Shown: positions 9,869-21,067 of the stretch, piece after piece
How positions within the stretch are numbered: position 1 is the first letter of the stretch
Layout of the letters: each line of letters opens with the position of its first letter
Assembly: GCA_963719715.1 (NCBI GenBank)
Contig: CAVRDD010000049.1
Coordinates: 314,000-377,999 of the forward strand
Length of the DNA: 64,000 bases
Origin: an uncultured beta proteobacterium
GTDB taxonomy: Bacteria > Pseudomonadota > Gammaproteobacteria > Burkholderiales > JAEUMW01
Direction of reading: 5' to 3'
Notes under the pieces: model-generated
The model's input: the letters and a program-made list of their open reading frames with translations, nothing else
The model's database searches: none
What the model was told of the DNA's origin: nothing
Program-made: the position numbers and the translations under genes

Positions 9869-10083
9869 CTTCGTGGGGCGAGGTGCCGGGAAACCCAATC
9901 CGCATAGGCGTGGCCAGCGAACAGGGTGACCTGGAAGAAAACCATGCAGACCGACCACACGGCTGCAGACCCGCCGAACCAGGGCAGGATTTGCTTGGCG
10001 ATCAGGGGCTGGACCAGAAAAAGCAGGAAGGCGCTCGAGAAAATCGTCCCTGCGAAAAGTAGCTTGGAACCGGAAGTGTGCAT
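9841..10083 (-). pseudogene. 5' fragment of a fused membrane/spermidine-synthase-family gene joined in frame to the groEL tail
   Basis: FAGTIFSSAFLLFLVQPLIAKQILPWFGGSAAVWSVCMVFFQ is the typical N-terminus of this long family. It ends after about 72 aa in GGMGDMDM*, identical to the GroEL C-terminus. Confidence 0.8.
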
Positions 10084-10225
10084 CGGGCTGGATGGGGACC
10101 CGGATGGCTACGGCGCTCTTCGTTCCAGAGCGGCCGCCAATCATGTCGTCCGAGCGGCATCATAGGGACAACGGGACTGACGCGCAATTGCCGGCGACCC
10201 CGCAGTGGGTTCACCATAGTCCGGA

Positions 10226-11338
10226 ATGGCAACTGCGCTGCGCAGGTACCGATGTTCCTGGCGTGACGGAAACCGGGTCGAACTGCTCGTCGACGGTCCG
10301 ACGTTCTTTGCGCGCATGCTCGATTGCATTGCGGGCGCACATCGGGTCGTTCAGCTGGAGTTCTATCTCTTCGAATCGGGCGCGGTCGCCGACCGCTTCA
10401 TCGATGCGCTGACGGCCGCCGCCGCGCGGGGTGTGACGGTGAAGGTGCTGCTCGACGATTTCGGCGCGCTCGACCTCTCGAATCGCGATCGTGGGCGTCT
10501 CGTGGCAGCGGGTGTCGAGCTCGCGTTCTACAACCGCCTGCACTTCAGCCGCTGGCTTAACAACCTGTTTCGCAATCACCGCAAGCTTCTGCTGGTGGAC
10601 GAGCAGCGAGCCTTCGTCGGCGGCGCCGGCATCACCGACGCGTTCGATCCGCCCGACCCGGGTCGGCACCCTTGGCGGGAAACCATGGTCGACATCAAGG
10701 GTCCGGTGGTGCGGGACTGGCAAGCGCTGTTCGCCGAGTCGTGGCTGCGGATGACCGGGCAGGATCTCGCGGCCGAGCCGACGCCCCCGGCCCTGGATAT
10801 CGGCGTGCGCGGCCGCATCGCGGCGACCAATACCGACATCAAGCGCTCCGTCATCGCCCGTGCCCGGAGGGCGCGGACCCGCGTCTGGATCGCGACCGCG
10901 TACTTCGTCCCGTCCTGGAAGCTGCTCCGCGCGCTGCGCCGGGCGGCTGCCCACGGCGCCGACGTGAGGCTGCTGCTCCCCGGCCCGCTGACGGACCATC
11001 CGGCCGTGCGCCACGCGGGACGGCGATACTATGCCCGACTGCTGCGCAACCGCGTGCGCATCTTCGAGTACCAGCCCCGGGTGATGCACGCCAAGACCGC
11101 GCTCTGCGATCGCTGGGTGTCGATCGGCTCGAGCAATCTCGACCGGTGGAATCTACGCTGGAACCTCGAAGCGAATCAGGAGGTGGAAGACCAAGGCTTC
11201 GCCGCGCAGGTGCAGGCCATGTTCGAAGCGGATTTTCGCGAAAGCGTGGAATGGCATCACGCGAGCTGGGAACGACGTCCATGGCATGTCCGTTTGCGGG
11301 AGTATGTCTGGGGCATCGTGGCGCGCTGGCTGACGTGA
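10226..11338 (+). CDS. Cardiolipin synthase / phospholipase D (ClsB-like)
   Basis: Two HKD motifs (HRKLLLVD, HAKTALCD), plus GNRVELLVDG and GSSNLD. Confidence 0.9.
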   Translation: MATALRRYRCSWRDGNRVELLVDGPTFFARMLDCIAGAHRVVQLEFYLFESGAVADRFIDALTAAAARGVTVKVLLDDFGALDLSNRDRGRLVAAGVELAFYNRLHFSRWLNNLFRNHRKLLLVDEQRAFVGGAGITDAFDPPDPGRHPWRETMVDIKGPVVRDWQALFAESWLRMTGQDLAAEPTPPALDIGVRGRIAATNTDIKRSVIARARRARTRVWIATAYFVPSWKLLRALRRAAAHGADVRLLLPGPLTDHPAVRHAGRRYYARLLRNRVRIFEYQPRVMHAKTALCDRWVSIGSSNLDRWNLRWNLEANQEVEDQGFAAQVQAMFEADFRESVEWHHASWERRPWHVRLREYVWGIVARWLT

Positions 11339-11360
11339 CCGCGGATCGAAGGCGACGGGT

Positions 11361-11378
11361 GTTAAGGAACCGGTAAGG
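11361..11378 (+). promoter_or_regulatory. Putative OmpR/PmrA-family direct-repeat binding site
   Basis: GTTAAGG-AACC-GGTAAGG with 11 bp periodicity, upstream of a cytochrome operon that encodes a QseB/PmrA-like regulator. Confidence 0.45.
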
Positions 11379-11423
11379 AATGCGGCGCAATCTGACGTCG
11401 TCATCCCAAGACGGAGTTAGCCC

Positions 11424-11840
11424 ATGAGATTCCTAGCTATAACCCGGATCGCTGTCGCTGCGGCATTTTCGGCCACCGGCGCCGCGGCCGCGTCTCAGTC
11501 TGCCCAGGACCTGAAGACCGCCCTCGAAGTGGACGCGCGCCAGACGTCCCAGTCCTTTGCCGGTTTCTCCGCCCAGGTCGGGGAACAGTTCTTCAAGTCG
11601 ACCCACGGCAGCGACTGGAGTTGTGCCTCCTGCCATACCGCCGATCCGCGCAACGCTGGGATGCACGCGAAGACTGGCAAGGGCATCGCGCCGCTCGCGC
11701 CGACCGCCAACCCGCAGCGCTTCACCAGCGTTGAAAAGGTCGAGAAATGGTTCAAGCGCAACTGCGGCGACGTGCTCGGGCGCGTCTGCAGCCCCGAAGA
11801 GAAGGGCAACGTGCTGGCCTATCTGCTCTCGCTCAAGTAG
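11424..11840 (+). CDS. Monoheme cytochrome c, SHP/DUF1924 family
   Basis: Signal peptide, CASCH, and KVEKWFKRNCGDVLGRVCS. Confidence 0.9.
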   Translation: MRFLAITRIAVAAAFSATGAAAASQSAQDLKTALEVDARQTSQSFAGFSAQVGEQFFKSTHGSDWSCASCHTADPRNAGMHAKTGKGIAPLAPTANPQRFTSVEKVEKWFKRNCGDVLGRVCSPEEKGNVLAYLLSLK

Positions 11841-11850
11841 GAGCACGTCC

Positions 11851-12342
11851 ATGAACAAACTCGATTTGGATCCATCCGAGGCACGGCTCCTCGCTGCCGC
11901 GCCGCTTGCACTGGCGCTCATACTCGCGTCGTTCCAGGCAATCGCGGACAGCCATGTCTTTACAGCGACCAACGAGAAGTGGAGAACCGAATGCGGTGCG
12001 TGTCATGTTGCCTACCCGCCGCCGCTGCTGCCGCAGAGTTCCTGGAAGGCCGTCATGGCCGGGCTCGACCGCCACTTCGGGACGGACGCGAGCCTCGACG
12101 CGGCAACGGGGACGGAAATTGCCGCCTTTCTGGAAAAGAATGCGGGACGGGAACGGAGAGCCCGCGACGGCGCGCCGTCGCTGCGCATCACCGAAACCCG
12201 CTGGTTCGAGCGGGAACACGACGAGTTGGCGGCATCGATCTGGAAACATCCTCAAGTGAAGACCGCGGCGAACTGTAGCGCCTGTCACATCGGCGCAGAC
12301 CAGGGAAACTTCAGCGAACACGACATCAGGGTGCCAAAATGA
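11851..12342 (+). CDS. Diheme cytochrome c (DHC)
   Basis: ECGACHVAYPPPLLP, HFGTDASLD, RITETRWF and NCSACH. Confidence 0.92.
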   Translation: MNKLDLDPSEARLLAAAPLALALILASFQAIADSHVFTATNEKWRTECGACHVAYPPPLLPQSSWKAVMAGLDRHFGTDASLDAATGTEIAAFLEKNAGRERRARDGAPSLRITETRWFEREHDELAASIWKHPQVKTAANCSACHIGADQGNFSEHDIRVPK

Positions 12343-13037
12343 GCTCGATTCCCTCTGCGAAAACACGGATCCTCGTCTGGGATGCACCGACGCGGGTCTT
12401 CCACTGGTTGCTGGCCGCGTCCTTCGCGGGTGCCTACTTGACTTCGGAATCCGAACGCTTCCGGGACATTCACCTACTGCTCGGCTACACGCTGCTCGGC
12501 TTGATAGGCTTCCGCTTGGTCTGGGGTTTGATCGGCACGCGCTACGCGCGCTTTCGGTCATTCGCGTTCGGCGCGGGCCAGGTCGTGGCATATCTCCGAT
12601 CGCTGCTCGCGTTCGCGCCGAAGCATTACGTCGGCCACAACCCCGTGGGGAGCTGGGCCATCTACCTCATTCTCGGGCTAGGCCTCCTCTGCGGAGTCAC
12701 GGGGTATGCGAGCGAAGCGGACATCGGCGGCGAGATCATGAAGGAGGCTCACGAGAGCGTCGCGGCGGGCATGCTGACAGTGGTCATCGTCCACGTCTTT
12801 GGCGTCATCGCGAGCAGTCTGCTCCATCGGGAAAACCTGGTCCGCAGCATGATCAACGGCTACAAGTCGGGCGTCGCGACGCAGGGCATTCGCCGCGCCA
12901 GGTGGCCGGTGGCGATCGCTATCTGTGCCGTGGTCGTCGGATTCTGGGGCGGAGTCATCCCCGCGCCGGGACTGTCCGATCCGGCGCGGGTCAACCAGGT
13001 GCAGCACTCGAGAGATCACACGAGCGAGCACCGCTGA
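12339..13037 (+). CDS. Cytochrome b (Ni-hydrogenase cytochrome b-like)
   Basis: VWDAPTRVFHW, GHNPVG and HRENLVRSMING motifs; four TM helices. Confidence 0.9.
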   Translation: MSSIPSAKTRILVWDAPTRVFHWLLAASFAGAYLTSESERFRDIHLLLGYTLLGLIGFRLVWGLIGTRYARFRSFAFGAGQVVAYLRSLLAFAPKHYVGHNPVGSWAIYLILGLGLLCGVTGYASEADIGGEIMKEAHESVAAGMLTVVIVHVFGVIASSLLHRENLVRSMINGYKSGVATQGIRRARWPVAIAICAVVVGFWGGVIPAPGLSDPARVNQVQHSRDHTSEHR

Positions 13038-13050
13038 GCGCCAGACTGAC

Positions 13051-13719
13051 ATGCGCCTCCTCGTCGTCGAAGACGATCCGCTCCTGGGCGATGGGCTGCA
13101 GGCCGGTCTGCGCCAAGCGGGGTTCGACGTCGACTGGACGCAGGACGGCATTGCGGCCCGACTCGCGCTCACAACACAACCCTACGCTGCGGTCGTCCTC
13201 GATCTCGGTCTGCCCCGCCTGGACGGGCTCGCGCTCCTGCGAACACTGCGGGCTTCAGGGAACAAAGTGCCCGTGCTGATCCTGACCGCGCGCGATGCCC
13301 TCGACGATCGCGTGAAAGGTCTCGACGGCGGTGCCGATGACTATGTCGTCAAGCCGATCGACCTGCAGGAGCTGGGCGCACGCCTCCGGGCCCTCGTGCG
13401 TCGCTCGAAGGGTGAAGCTGCGGGGACGCTGCGGGTGGGCGATGTCGAGGTGGAGCCAGCTGCGCGAACCGTTTCGTTTCGCGGCGCGCACGTCGAGCTC
13501 CAGCCGCGGGAGTTCGCCCTCCTGCACGAGTTCATGCTGAACGCCGGTCGCGTGCTGTCGCGCGAGCAATTGCAGGACCGACTCTACGCCTGGGGCGAGG
13601 AGATCGGCAGCAACGCCGTCGAAGTGCACGTTCATCACCTGCGCCGCAAGCTTGCTCCGGACGTGATCCGGACCGTACGCGGAGTCGGCTACCTCATGCC
13701 CCGCGATCAACGTGGCTGA
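13051..13719 (+). CDS. OmpR-family response regulator (QseB/PmrA-like)
   Basis: MRLLVVEDD, LDLGLP, GADDYVVKP and IRTVRGVGY. Confidence 0.93.
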   Translation: MRLLVVEDDPLLGDGLQAGLRQAGFDVDWTQDGIAARLALTTQPYAAVVLDLGLPRLDGLALLRTLRASGNKVPVLILTARDALDDRVKGLDGGADDYVVKPIDLQELGARLRALVRRSKGEAAGTLRVGDVEVEPAARTVSFRGAHVELQPREFALLHEFMLNAGRVLSREQLQDRLYAWGEEIGSNAVEVHVHHLRRKLAPDVIRTVRGVGYLMPRDQRG

Positions 13720-15061
13720 GCAAGCTCGGCGACCGTCGATCCGGCGCCAATTGCTCGTCCTGCTCCTCGGGGCGACTGCGATCATCTGGCTTGCGACCGG
13801 CGTCGTAAGCTATCTGGACGCCCGTCACGAGGCCGAGGAACTGCTCGACGCCCATCTGGCCCAGTCCGCCGCGCTGCTCGTTGTTCAGGTCGGTCATGAC
13901 GTCGACGAGATCGATACCGATCATGCGCCGCAGCTGCACAAGTATGCCCGGCAAGCCGCCTTCCAGGTCTGGGAAGACGGGAGTGTCCTGCGCCTGCACT
14001 CGGTGAGCGCACCCGACACGCGGCTCTCCCCCAAAGAAGAGGGGTTCAGCAATTCACAGGTCGAAGGGCGGCGCTGGCGCGTCTTCAGCACGTGGGACGC
14101 GGAGCGTCGCCTTCTCGTACAGGTCGGTGAGCAACAGCTCGCCCGCGACGAGATCACCGGCAGCATTGCCAAGAACCTGTTGCTGCCGTTGTTTGCCGCC
14201 CTGCCGCTCCTCGCCGCGCTCATCTGGCTCGCGGTAGCGTGGGCGATCCGTCCGGTCAAGGCCCTGGGTCATCAGGTATCGGCGCGAGCGCCGGACAATC
14301 TGGCGCCGATCGTCCTGCCAGACGCGCCAGTGGAGCTCGAACCGCTGCTTGCCCGGCTGAATGACCTATTCGCCCGAGTCAGCCAGTCGCTCGAGAACGA
14401 GCGGCGGTTTACGGCGGACGCTGCCCATGAGCTGCGCACACCTATCGCGGCGTTGAAAGTCCAGGCCCAGGTTGCCTGGGGAGCGTCCGATAACGAGGAA
14501 CGTCGGCATGCTTTAGCCAACGTGATCCTTGGTTGCGATCGCGCATCCCATCTCGTGGATCAGCTCCTGACGCTAGCGCGCCTGGATCCTACCGGGGGGA
14601 GCAAAACGCTGGAACCCTGTGATGTCCATGCCCTCGCGCGATCGGTGCTGTCGCAGGTCGCCCCTCTTGCGCTTGAAAGATCCGTAGAGGTGGAATTGGC
14701 ACCGGCGCCACCTGCTGTCGCACGGGCCAACCCCGCCCTGATGGGGGTCCTGCTGCGCAACCTGATCGACAATGCCGTTCGCTACAGTCCGGCAGGCACG
14801 ACGGTGCGCGTCGAGGTCAGTTCAGACGCCGCAGCGATTCGGCTCACGGTGGTAGACGAAGGTCCCGGCGTGCCGGAAAGCGAACTCGACCGGTTGGGCG
14901 AACGCTTCCATCGACTTCCCGGTATGACAACGCCGGGAAGCGGTCTCGGCCTGTCCATCGTACGGCGCATCGCCGAGATCTGCGGCGCGCGCGTGCGCTT
15001 CGCACCGGGTCCCGACGGAAAGGGGTTGAAAGTCGAGGTGATCTTCCCCTGCAAAAACTGA
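13712..15061 (+). CDS. Sensor histidine kinase (QseC-like)
   Basis: Two TM helices, FTADAAHELRTP, NLIDNAVRYS, DEGPG and GSGLGLSIV. Confidence 0.93.
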   Translation: MAEQARRPSIRRQLLVLLLGATAIIWLATGVVSYLDARHEAEELLDAHLAQSAALLVVQVGHDVDEIDTDHAPQLHKYARQAAFQVWEDGSVLRLHSVSAPDTRLSPKEEGFSNSQVEGRRWRVFSTWDAERRLLVQVGEQQLARDEITGSIAKNLLLPLFAALPLLAALIWLAVAWAIRPVKALGHQVSARAPDNLAPIVLPDAPVELEPLLARLNDLFARVSQSLENERRFTADAAHELRTPIAALKVQAQVAWGASDNEERRHALANVILGCDRASHLVDQLLTLARLDPTGGSKTLEPCDVHALARSVLSQVAPLALERSVEVELAPAPPAVARANPALMGVLLRNLIDNAVRYSPAGTTVRVEVSSDAAAIRLTVVDEGPGVPESELDRLGERFHRLPGMTTPGSGLGLSIVRRIAEICGARVRFAPGPDGKGLKVEVIFPCKN

Positions 15062-15179
15062 CGGCCGCGGGTCTTAAATCCCACGGTAGTCGACATCAAG
15101 CAGGTTAGCCCGGCGGCCAGTCGCTAACGCGCAGTCCCGTTATGCCCCAGAGCCACAGCACCGTCATTTCGGAGAACCA

Positions 15180-17089
<1,910 letters not shown>

Positions 17090-17123
17090 CTAATTTGTTT
17101 CCGCGTGGGCAACCGACCTGGGC

Positions 17124-17417
17124 TCAGGCGGCTTCGATGACGCCCATGATGTCTTCCTCGCGCATGACGAGAAGCTCTTCACCGTCGACCTTGACGGTCT
17201 GACCGGAGTACTTCCCGAACAGGACGCGATCACCCTTCTTGACTTCGAGGGCGCGAATCTTTCCGTCTTCCAATACTTTGCCCGTACCGACGGCGACAAT
17301 CTCGCCCTGGTCGGGCTTCTCGGCGGCGGTGTCGGGGATGACGATACCGGAGGCGGTCTTGCGCTCTTCCTCCAGGCGCTTGACGATGACTCGATCGTGA
17401 AGCGGACGAATTTTCAT
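17124..17417 (-). CDS. groES: Co-chaperonin GroES
   Basis: [14 protein letters not shown] and TASGIVIPD. Confidence 0.99.
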   Translation of the reverse strand: MKIRPLHDRVIVKRLEEERKTASGIVIPDTAAEKPDQGEIVAVGTGKVLEDGKIRALEVKKGDRVLFGKYSGQTVKVDGEELLVMREEDIMGVIEAA

Positions 17418-17476
17418 ATAAACCTTCTCCTAACCATTTGATTTAACTTGGATACCATCGAGATGGTCTCGATTTG

Positions 17477-17503
17477 TTAGCACTCAAGGTGATTGAGTGC
17501 TAC
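17477..17503. promoter_or_regulatory. CIRCE element (HrcA operator)
   Basis: TTAGCACTC-N9-GAGTGCTAC upstream of groES. Confidence 0.9.
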
Positions 17504-17508
17504 GAAGA

Positions 17509-17539
17509 ATATAGGGGCGAGCCGTCAAAAAATCAAGGT
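17509..17539 (-). promoter_or_regulatory. Sigma-32-type heat-shock promoter
   Basis: Minus strand CCTTGA...CCCCTATAT immediately upstream of CIRCE. Confidence 0.65.
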
Positions 17540-17728
17540 CCGAACGTGTACGCGGTCGATTGCTTTAGTCACGCGTGCGGCGCCGCAGTGGTGGCTTGAG
17601 AGTGCAGGTGCGTCGTTATTGACGTTCCTAAGGGACTTGTAACGGTCGTTTCCGCGGCCCCGTGTACTGGCCTAATATCTGTAGGTCCGTCGACGGGCGT
17701 GCCTTAGTCTGTTCATGGTTACAGGAGC

Positions 17729-18673
17729 GTGCTCGTGCCTCGTCGTACCAATAAGTTTCAGCGGCTGATTTACCTGATTCAGCACCAGCTTGCCGATGGC
17801 GCCACGGTAACCGAATCGAAACTGCTGCCCGACCTGCAGACAGGAGCGCCCGTCGAGGTCGATATTGTGATCGAAGGATCGATTGGGGATGTGGACCTCG
17901 CCATCGGAATCGAATGCACTTCTGAGGACCGTCGGGCAACAGTCGAGTGGGTCAACGAGATGGATGGAAAACACTCGAGCCTGCCCTTGGATAGGACCGT
18001 CTTAGTTGCGAGGAAAGGGTTTACCGCTGGCGCCTTGGCAAAGGCAGCGAGCCGCAGGATCGAAGCTATTTCGCTGGTCGAGGCGGAAAGTAGGGATTGG
18101 TCGACCTGGGTACGCGCGCTTCGTTTAGCCGGCTTTACATTGATTACGGAGCAGGTCTCAGTAACGTTGGCAATAGCTCTCAATGAATCGCCAGAAAACT
18201 TGTTCGATTGTATTGTCCGAGAGTTCGGTAGCGCGGAGCCACACTTCCTCCTGGAATACGTTCAGAGCGTTGGTAGCAGCGAACACGTATTTCTCCCAGC
18301 AACTCGCTGGTGGCGAGAACTCGATCAGCCGCGCCCGACAAGCTTTCAGTTTGAGGTCAAATACGATTGTCCGCCCGGAACAACGATTCAGCCCCTTTCT
18401 GGTCACGCTGTTGGTTTCACTACTCTAGTCCTCAGGCTCCGCATGGAAGTACGGGACGTGCCTCTATCAGCACAGGTGTCGACGTTCCGAGAGCGGAATA
18501 TCGTTCACGCAGAGGTACCTGATTTCCTCACCGAGTCTGGACAATCGAACGTCCTTGTCACTTTGGTTGAGAGGGATGGCTCTATCGAGAAGGGTGCCGT
18601 TCTCATTGCACGGCCCGGCGCGACCGAGTCGAAAGTGGTTACCACCAAGTTTCCACGGTCCGACGCAATATAG
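17729..18673 (+). CDS. Mrr-like PD-(D/E)xK restriction endonuclease domain plus an unknown C-terminal domain
   Basis: EVDIVIE...IEC, VEWVNEM and LVARKGFTAGA resemble Mrr_cat; visibly lower GC than the flanks. Confidence 0.65.
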   Translation: MLVPRRTNKFQRLIYLIQHQLADGATVTESKLLPDLQTGAPVEVDIVIEGSIGDVDLAIGIECTSEDRRATVEWVNEMDGKHSSLPLDRTVLVARKGFTAGALAKAASRRIEAISLVEAESRDWSTWVRALRLAGFTLITEQVSVTLAIALNESPENLFDCIVREFGSAEPHFLLEYVQSVGSSEHVFLPATRWWRELDQPRPTSFQFEVKYDCPPGTTIQPLSGHAVGFTTLVLRLRMEVRDVPLSAQVSTFRERNIVHAEVPDFLTESGQSNVLVTLVERDGSIEKGAVLIARPGATESKVVTTKFPRSDAI

Positions 18674-18911
18674 AACCAAACAAAGGCGTACAGGCGACTC
18701 GGACAACTTCGGCCTGTAGGATGACGCGCCCGGCAGCCAAGGCGAGTGTCGCGTTGCCCGTCCTTGGCTTTCGATGCCATCACTTGAGCGAGCACGGTCT
18801 TGGCGATGGATCTAGGTGTCAAACGGAGGACGCCAAACCGCTGTCAGCCAAGCCGGACCGACAGCCTCCGGCCCGGTAGTGGACCGAGAACGGGTGATTC
18901 GAGAGGAGTTG

Positions 18912-19559
18912 CTAAGAGAGCGTGTCCGCGCGTGGCGCCGAACCGGGACGGCCGAAGCGATAGACCGTTTGGTTTGATTTCCTCAGCGAGGGACGTACCT
19001 GGGCGTGTGGACACGGGGGTTCGCGCGTACCGCCCGGCAGGAGGGTTGCATCATCCGCCACCTCGGCCCAGATGCCGCCTCTCACGGGTCGGAAGAGCCA
19101 CATCAGGTAGCCACGGTGGCACGCCACGCTCAAGAGATCGTCTACGTCGGGTGCTTCGGCGACAACCGGCTGTTGCCCATCAATGCCGTATGGGAACGCG
19201 CCGAAGGCCTTGAGGCAATCGATCGCCTCGCTCGAGTCCGCGCCCGGGCGGCTGCACGAGGGTCGCTCAGCGCGCGCGACGTCCCATGCACCGAGTTCCC
19301 AACCGGCCTCCATCGCGGCGCGATCCAGATCGAGGATGTCGGCCCAGCGATCATTCACCTGCAGCGCGGAACTGGGAATCGGAATGTAGGTAACGCCCTC
19401 GGCTTCCTCAATGTCGACCAGGCGCTCGCGCACGAACCCGTGCCAGTGCAGCGTGAGAATGACGGGGGTATCGGGGCAGGGTACGGCCGCGACCGTGACG
19501 GCGAACAACGGCAGTTTACTCGCGGCAATCTGTGTTTCGATGCGGTCAAGGATTTCCAC
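18912..19559 (-). CDS. Conserved hypothetical protein
   Basis: GAGGAG RBS before GTG; 215 aa with Trp/Gly-rich blocks (LHWHGF, AGWELGAWD, WLFRPVRGGIW); divergent from bioA. Confidence 0.7.
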   Translation of the reverse strand: MEILDRIETQIAASKLPLFAVTVAAVPCPDTPVILTLHWHGFVRERLVDIEEAEGVTYIPIPSSALQVNDRWADILDLDRAAMEAGWELGAWDVARAERPSCSRPGADSSEAIDCLKAFGAFPYGIDGQQPVVAEAPDVDDLLSVACHRGYLMWLFRPVRGGIWAEVADDATLLPGGTREPPCPHAQVRPSLRKSNQTVYRFGRPGSAPRADTLS

Positions 19560-19711
19560 GATTCGGCTCCTCGCTGCGTGATAAACTCGTCAACAATTTT
19601 AGCAAGTTCGGTGCCAAACGATATCTCCGCACGGCCTGCTGCCACGGGCCTTGCTGGCCGTTGAGCAAACCGGCCAAGCCACTTCCTCCATTTTGCGCAC
19701 CCGCACCGAGA

Positions 19712-21058
19712 ATGTCATCGACATGGTCGTGTGACACCCCCGGCAACGACACTTGGCGGCGCCGTTCGCTGGCGTCGGTGTGGCATCCGTGCACGCAGAT
19801 GAAGCAGCACGAATCGCTGCCGCTGATGCCGATCGCGCGCGCGCAGGGCGTGTGGTTATATGACTTCGATGGCCGACGCTACCTCGATGCCATCAGTTCC
19901 TGGTGGGTCAACATCTTCGGTCACGGTCACCCGCACATCAAGGCGCGCATCGCGAGCCAGCTCGACCGTCTCGAGCACGTGATCCTCGCCGGCTTCACCC
20001 ATGCGCCGGTCGTGGAACTCTCTGAGCGTCTGACAGCGCTCGCTCCCGGCAACCTCGGTCACTGTTTCTATGCTTCCGACGGTGCGTCGGCGACCGAGAT
20101 CGCGCTCAAGATGAGTTTTCACTACTGGCGCAACACTGGCGCACCCGAGAAAACGCGCTTCGTGAACTTGGCGCACAGCTACCACGGCGAGACGCTGGGC
20201 GCGCTCTCAGTGACCGATGTCGCACTGTTTCGGGACACGTACGCACCGCTGCTGCGCACGCCGCACAGCGTGCCGTCCCCGGATTGGCGTCTGGCACCGG
20301 TCGGCACGTCACCCCTGGACCACGCGCTCGCCTGCGCTGCTGCCCTCGACGAACACCTGCAGCAGCAACACCAAGAGACTGCTGCAGTCATTCTCGAACC
20401 GCTCGTCCAGTGCGCGGCCGGGATGGGGATGTACCATCCGGAGTACCTGCGGCGCGCGCGCTCCATCTGCGATCGGTACGGCGTACACCTGATCGCGGAC
20501 GAGATTGCGGTGGGATTCGGGCGGACAGGCTCGCTCTTCGCCTGCGAGCAGGCAGACATCGTCCCGGATTTCCTCTGCCTGTCGAAAGGCATCACGGGTG
20601 GCTACCTGCCGCTTTCGGTCGTGCTCACGACGCCTGCGGTGTACGACGCCTTCTACGCCGACGAGACTGCGCGGGGATTTCTGCATTCGCATTCCTACAC
20701 AGGCAACCCGCTGGCGTGCAGCGCCGCGCTCGCCACGCTCGAGATCTTCGAGCGGGAGCAGGTGATTGCGGCCAATGCGGCAAAGGCGCAAACGCTCGCA
20801 GCCCTGACCGCGCCGATTGCTGCTCATCGAAGCGTCGAACACTTCCGCCACACCGGGATGATCTGGGCATTCGACGTGAAGACCGAGGATCCGGCGTTCT
20901 CGCGGCGCTTCTTCGCAGAGGCGCTGGAGCGGGAACTGTTGCTGCGACCGATCGGCACGACCGTCTATTTCATGCCTCCGTACGTGATCGACGACGCGCA
21001 GCTTGCGCTCCTGTGCGAGCGCACGCTGGAGGCGCTCGACGCGGTCCTCGGCAGCTGA
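19712..21058 (+). CDS. bioA: Adenosylmethionine-8-amino-7-oxononanoate transaminase
   Basis: VWHPCTQM, DAISSWWVN, IADEIAVGFGRTG and LSKGITGGYLPLS. Start approximate. Confidence 0.95.
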   Translation: MSSTWSCDTPGNDTWRRRSLASVWHPCTQMKQHESLPLMPIARAQGVWLYDFDGRRYLDAISSWWVNIFGHGHPHIKARIASQLDRLEHVILAGFTHAPVVELSERLTALAPGNLGHCFYASDGASATEIALKMSFHYWRNTGAPEKTRFVNLAHSYHGETLGALSVTDVALFRDTYAPLLRTPHSVPSPDWRLAPVGTSPLDHALACAAALDEHLQQQHQETAAVILEPLVQCAAGMGMYHPEYLRRARSICDRYGVHLIADEIAVGFGRTGSLFACEQADIVPDFLCLSKGITGGYLPLSVVLTTPAVYDAFYADETARGFLHSHSYTGNPLACSAALATLEIFEREQVIAANAAKAQTLAALTAPIAAHRSVEHFRHTGMIWAFDVKTEDPAFSRRFFAEALERELLLRPIGTTVYFMPPYVIDDAQLALLCERTLEALDAVLGS

Positions 21059-21067
21059 GCGGCAGTC

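Noticed and set aside
18674-18730. attC-like integron site after the nuclease gene
   Set aside because: An R''-like ACCAAAC and a hairpin are present, but there is no matching GTTRRRY box, integron integrase or further cassette.
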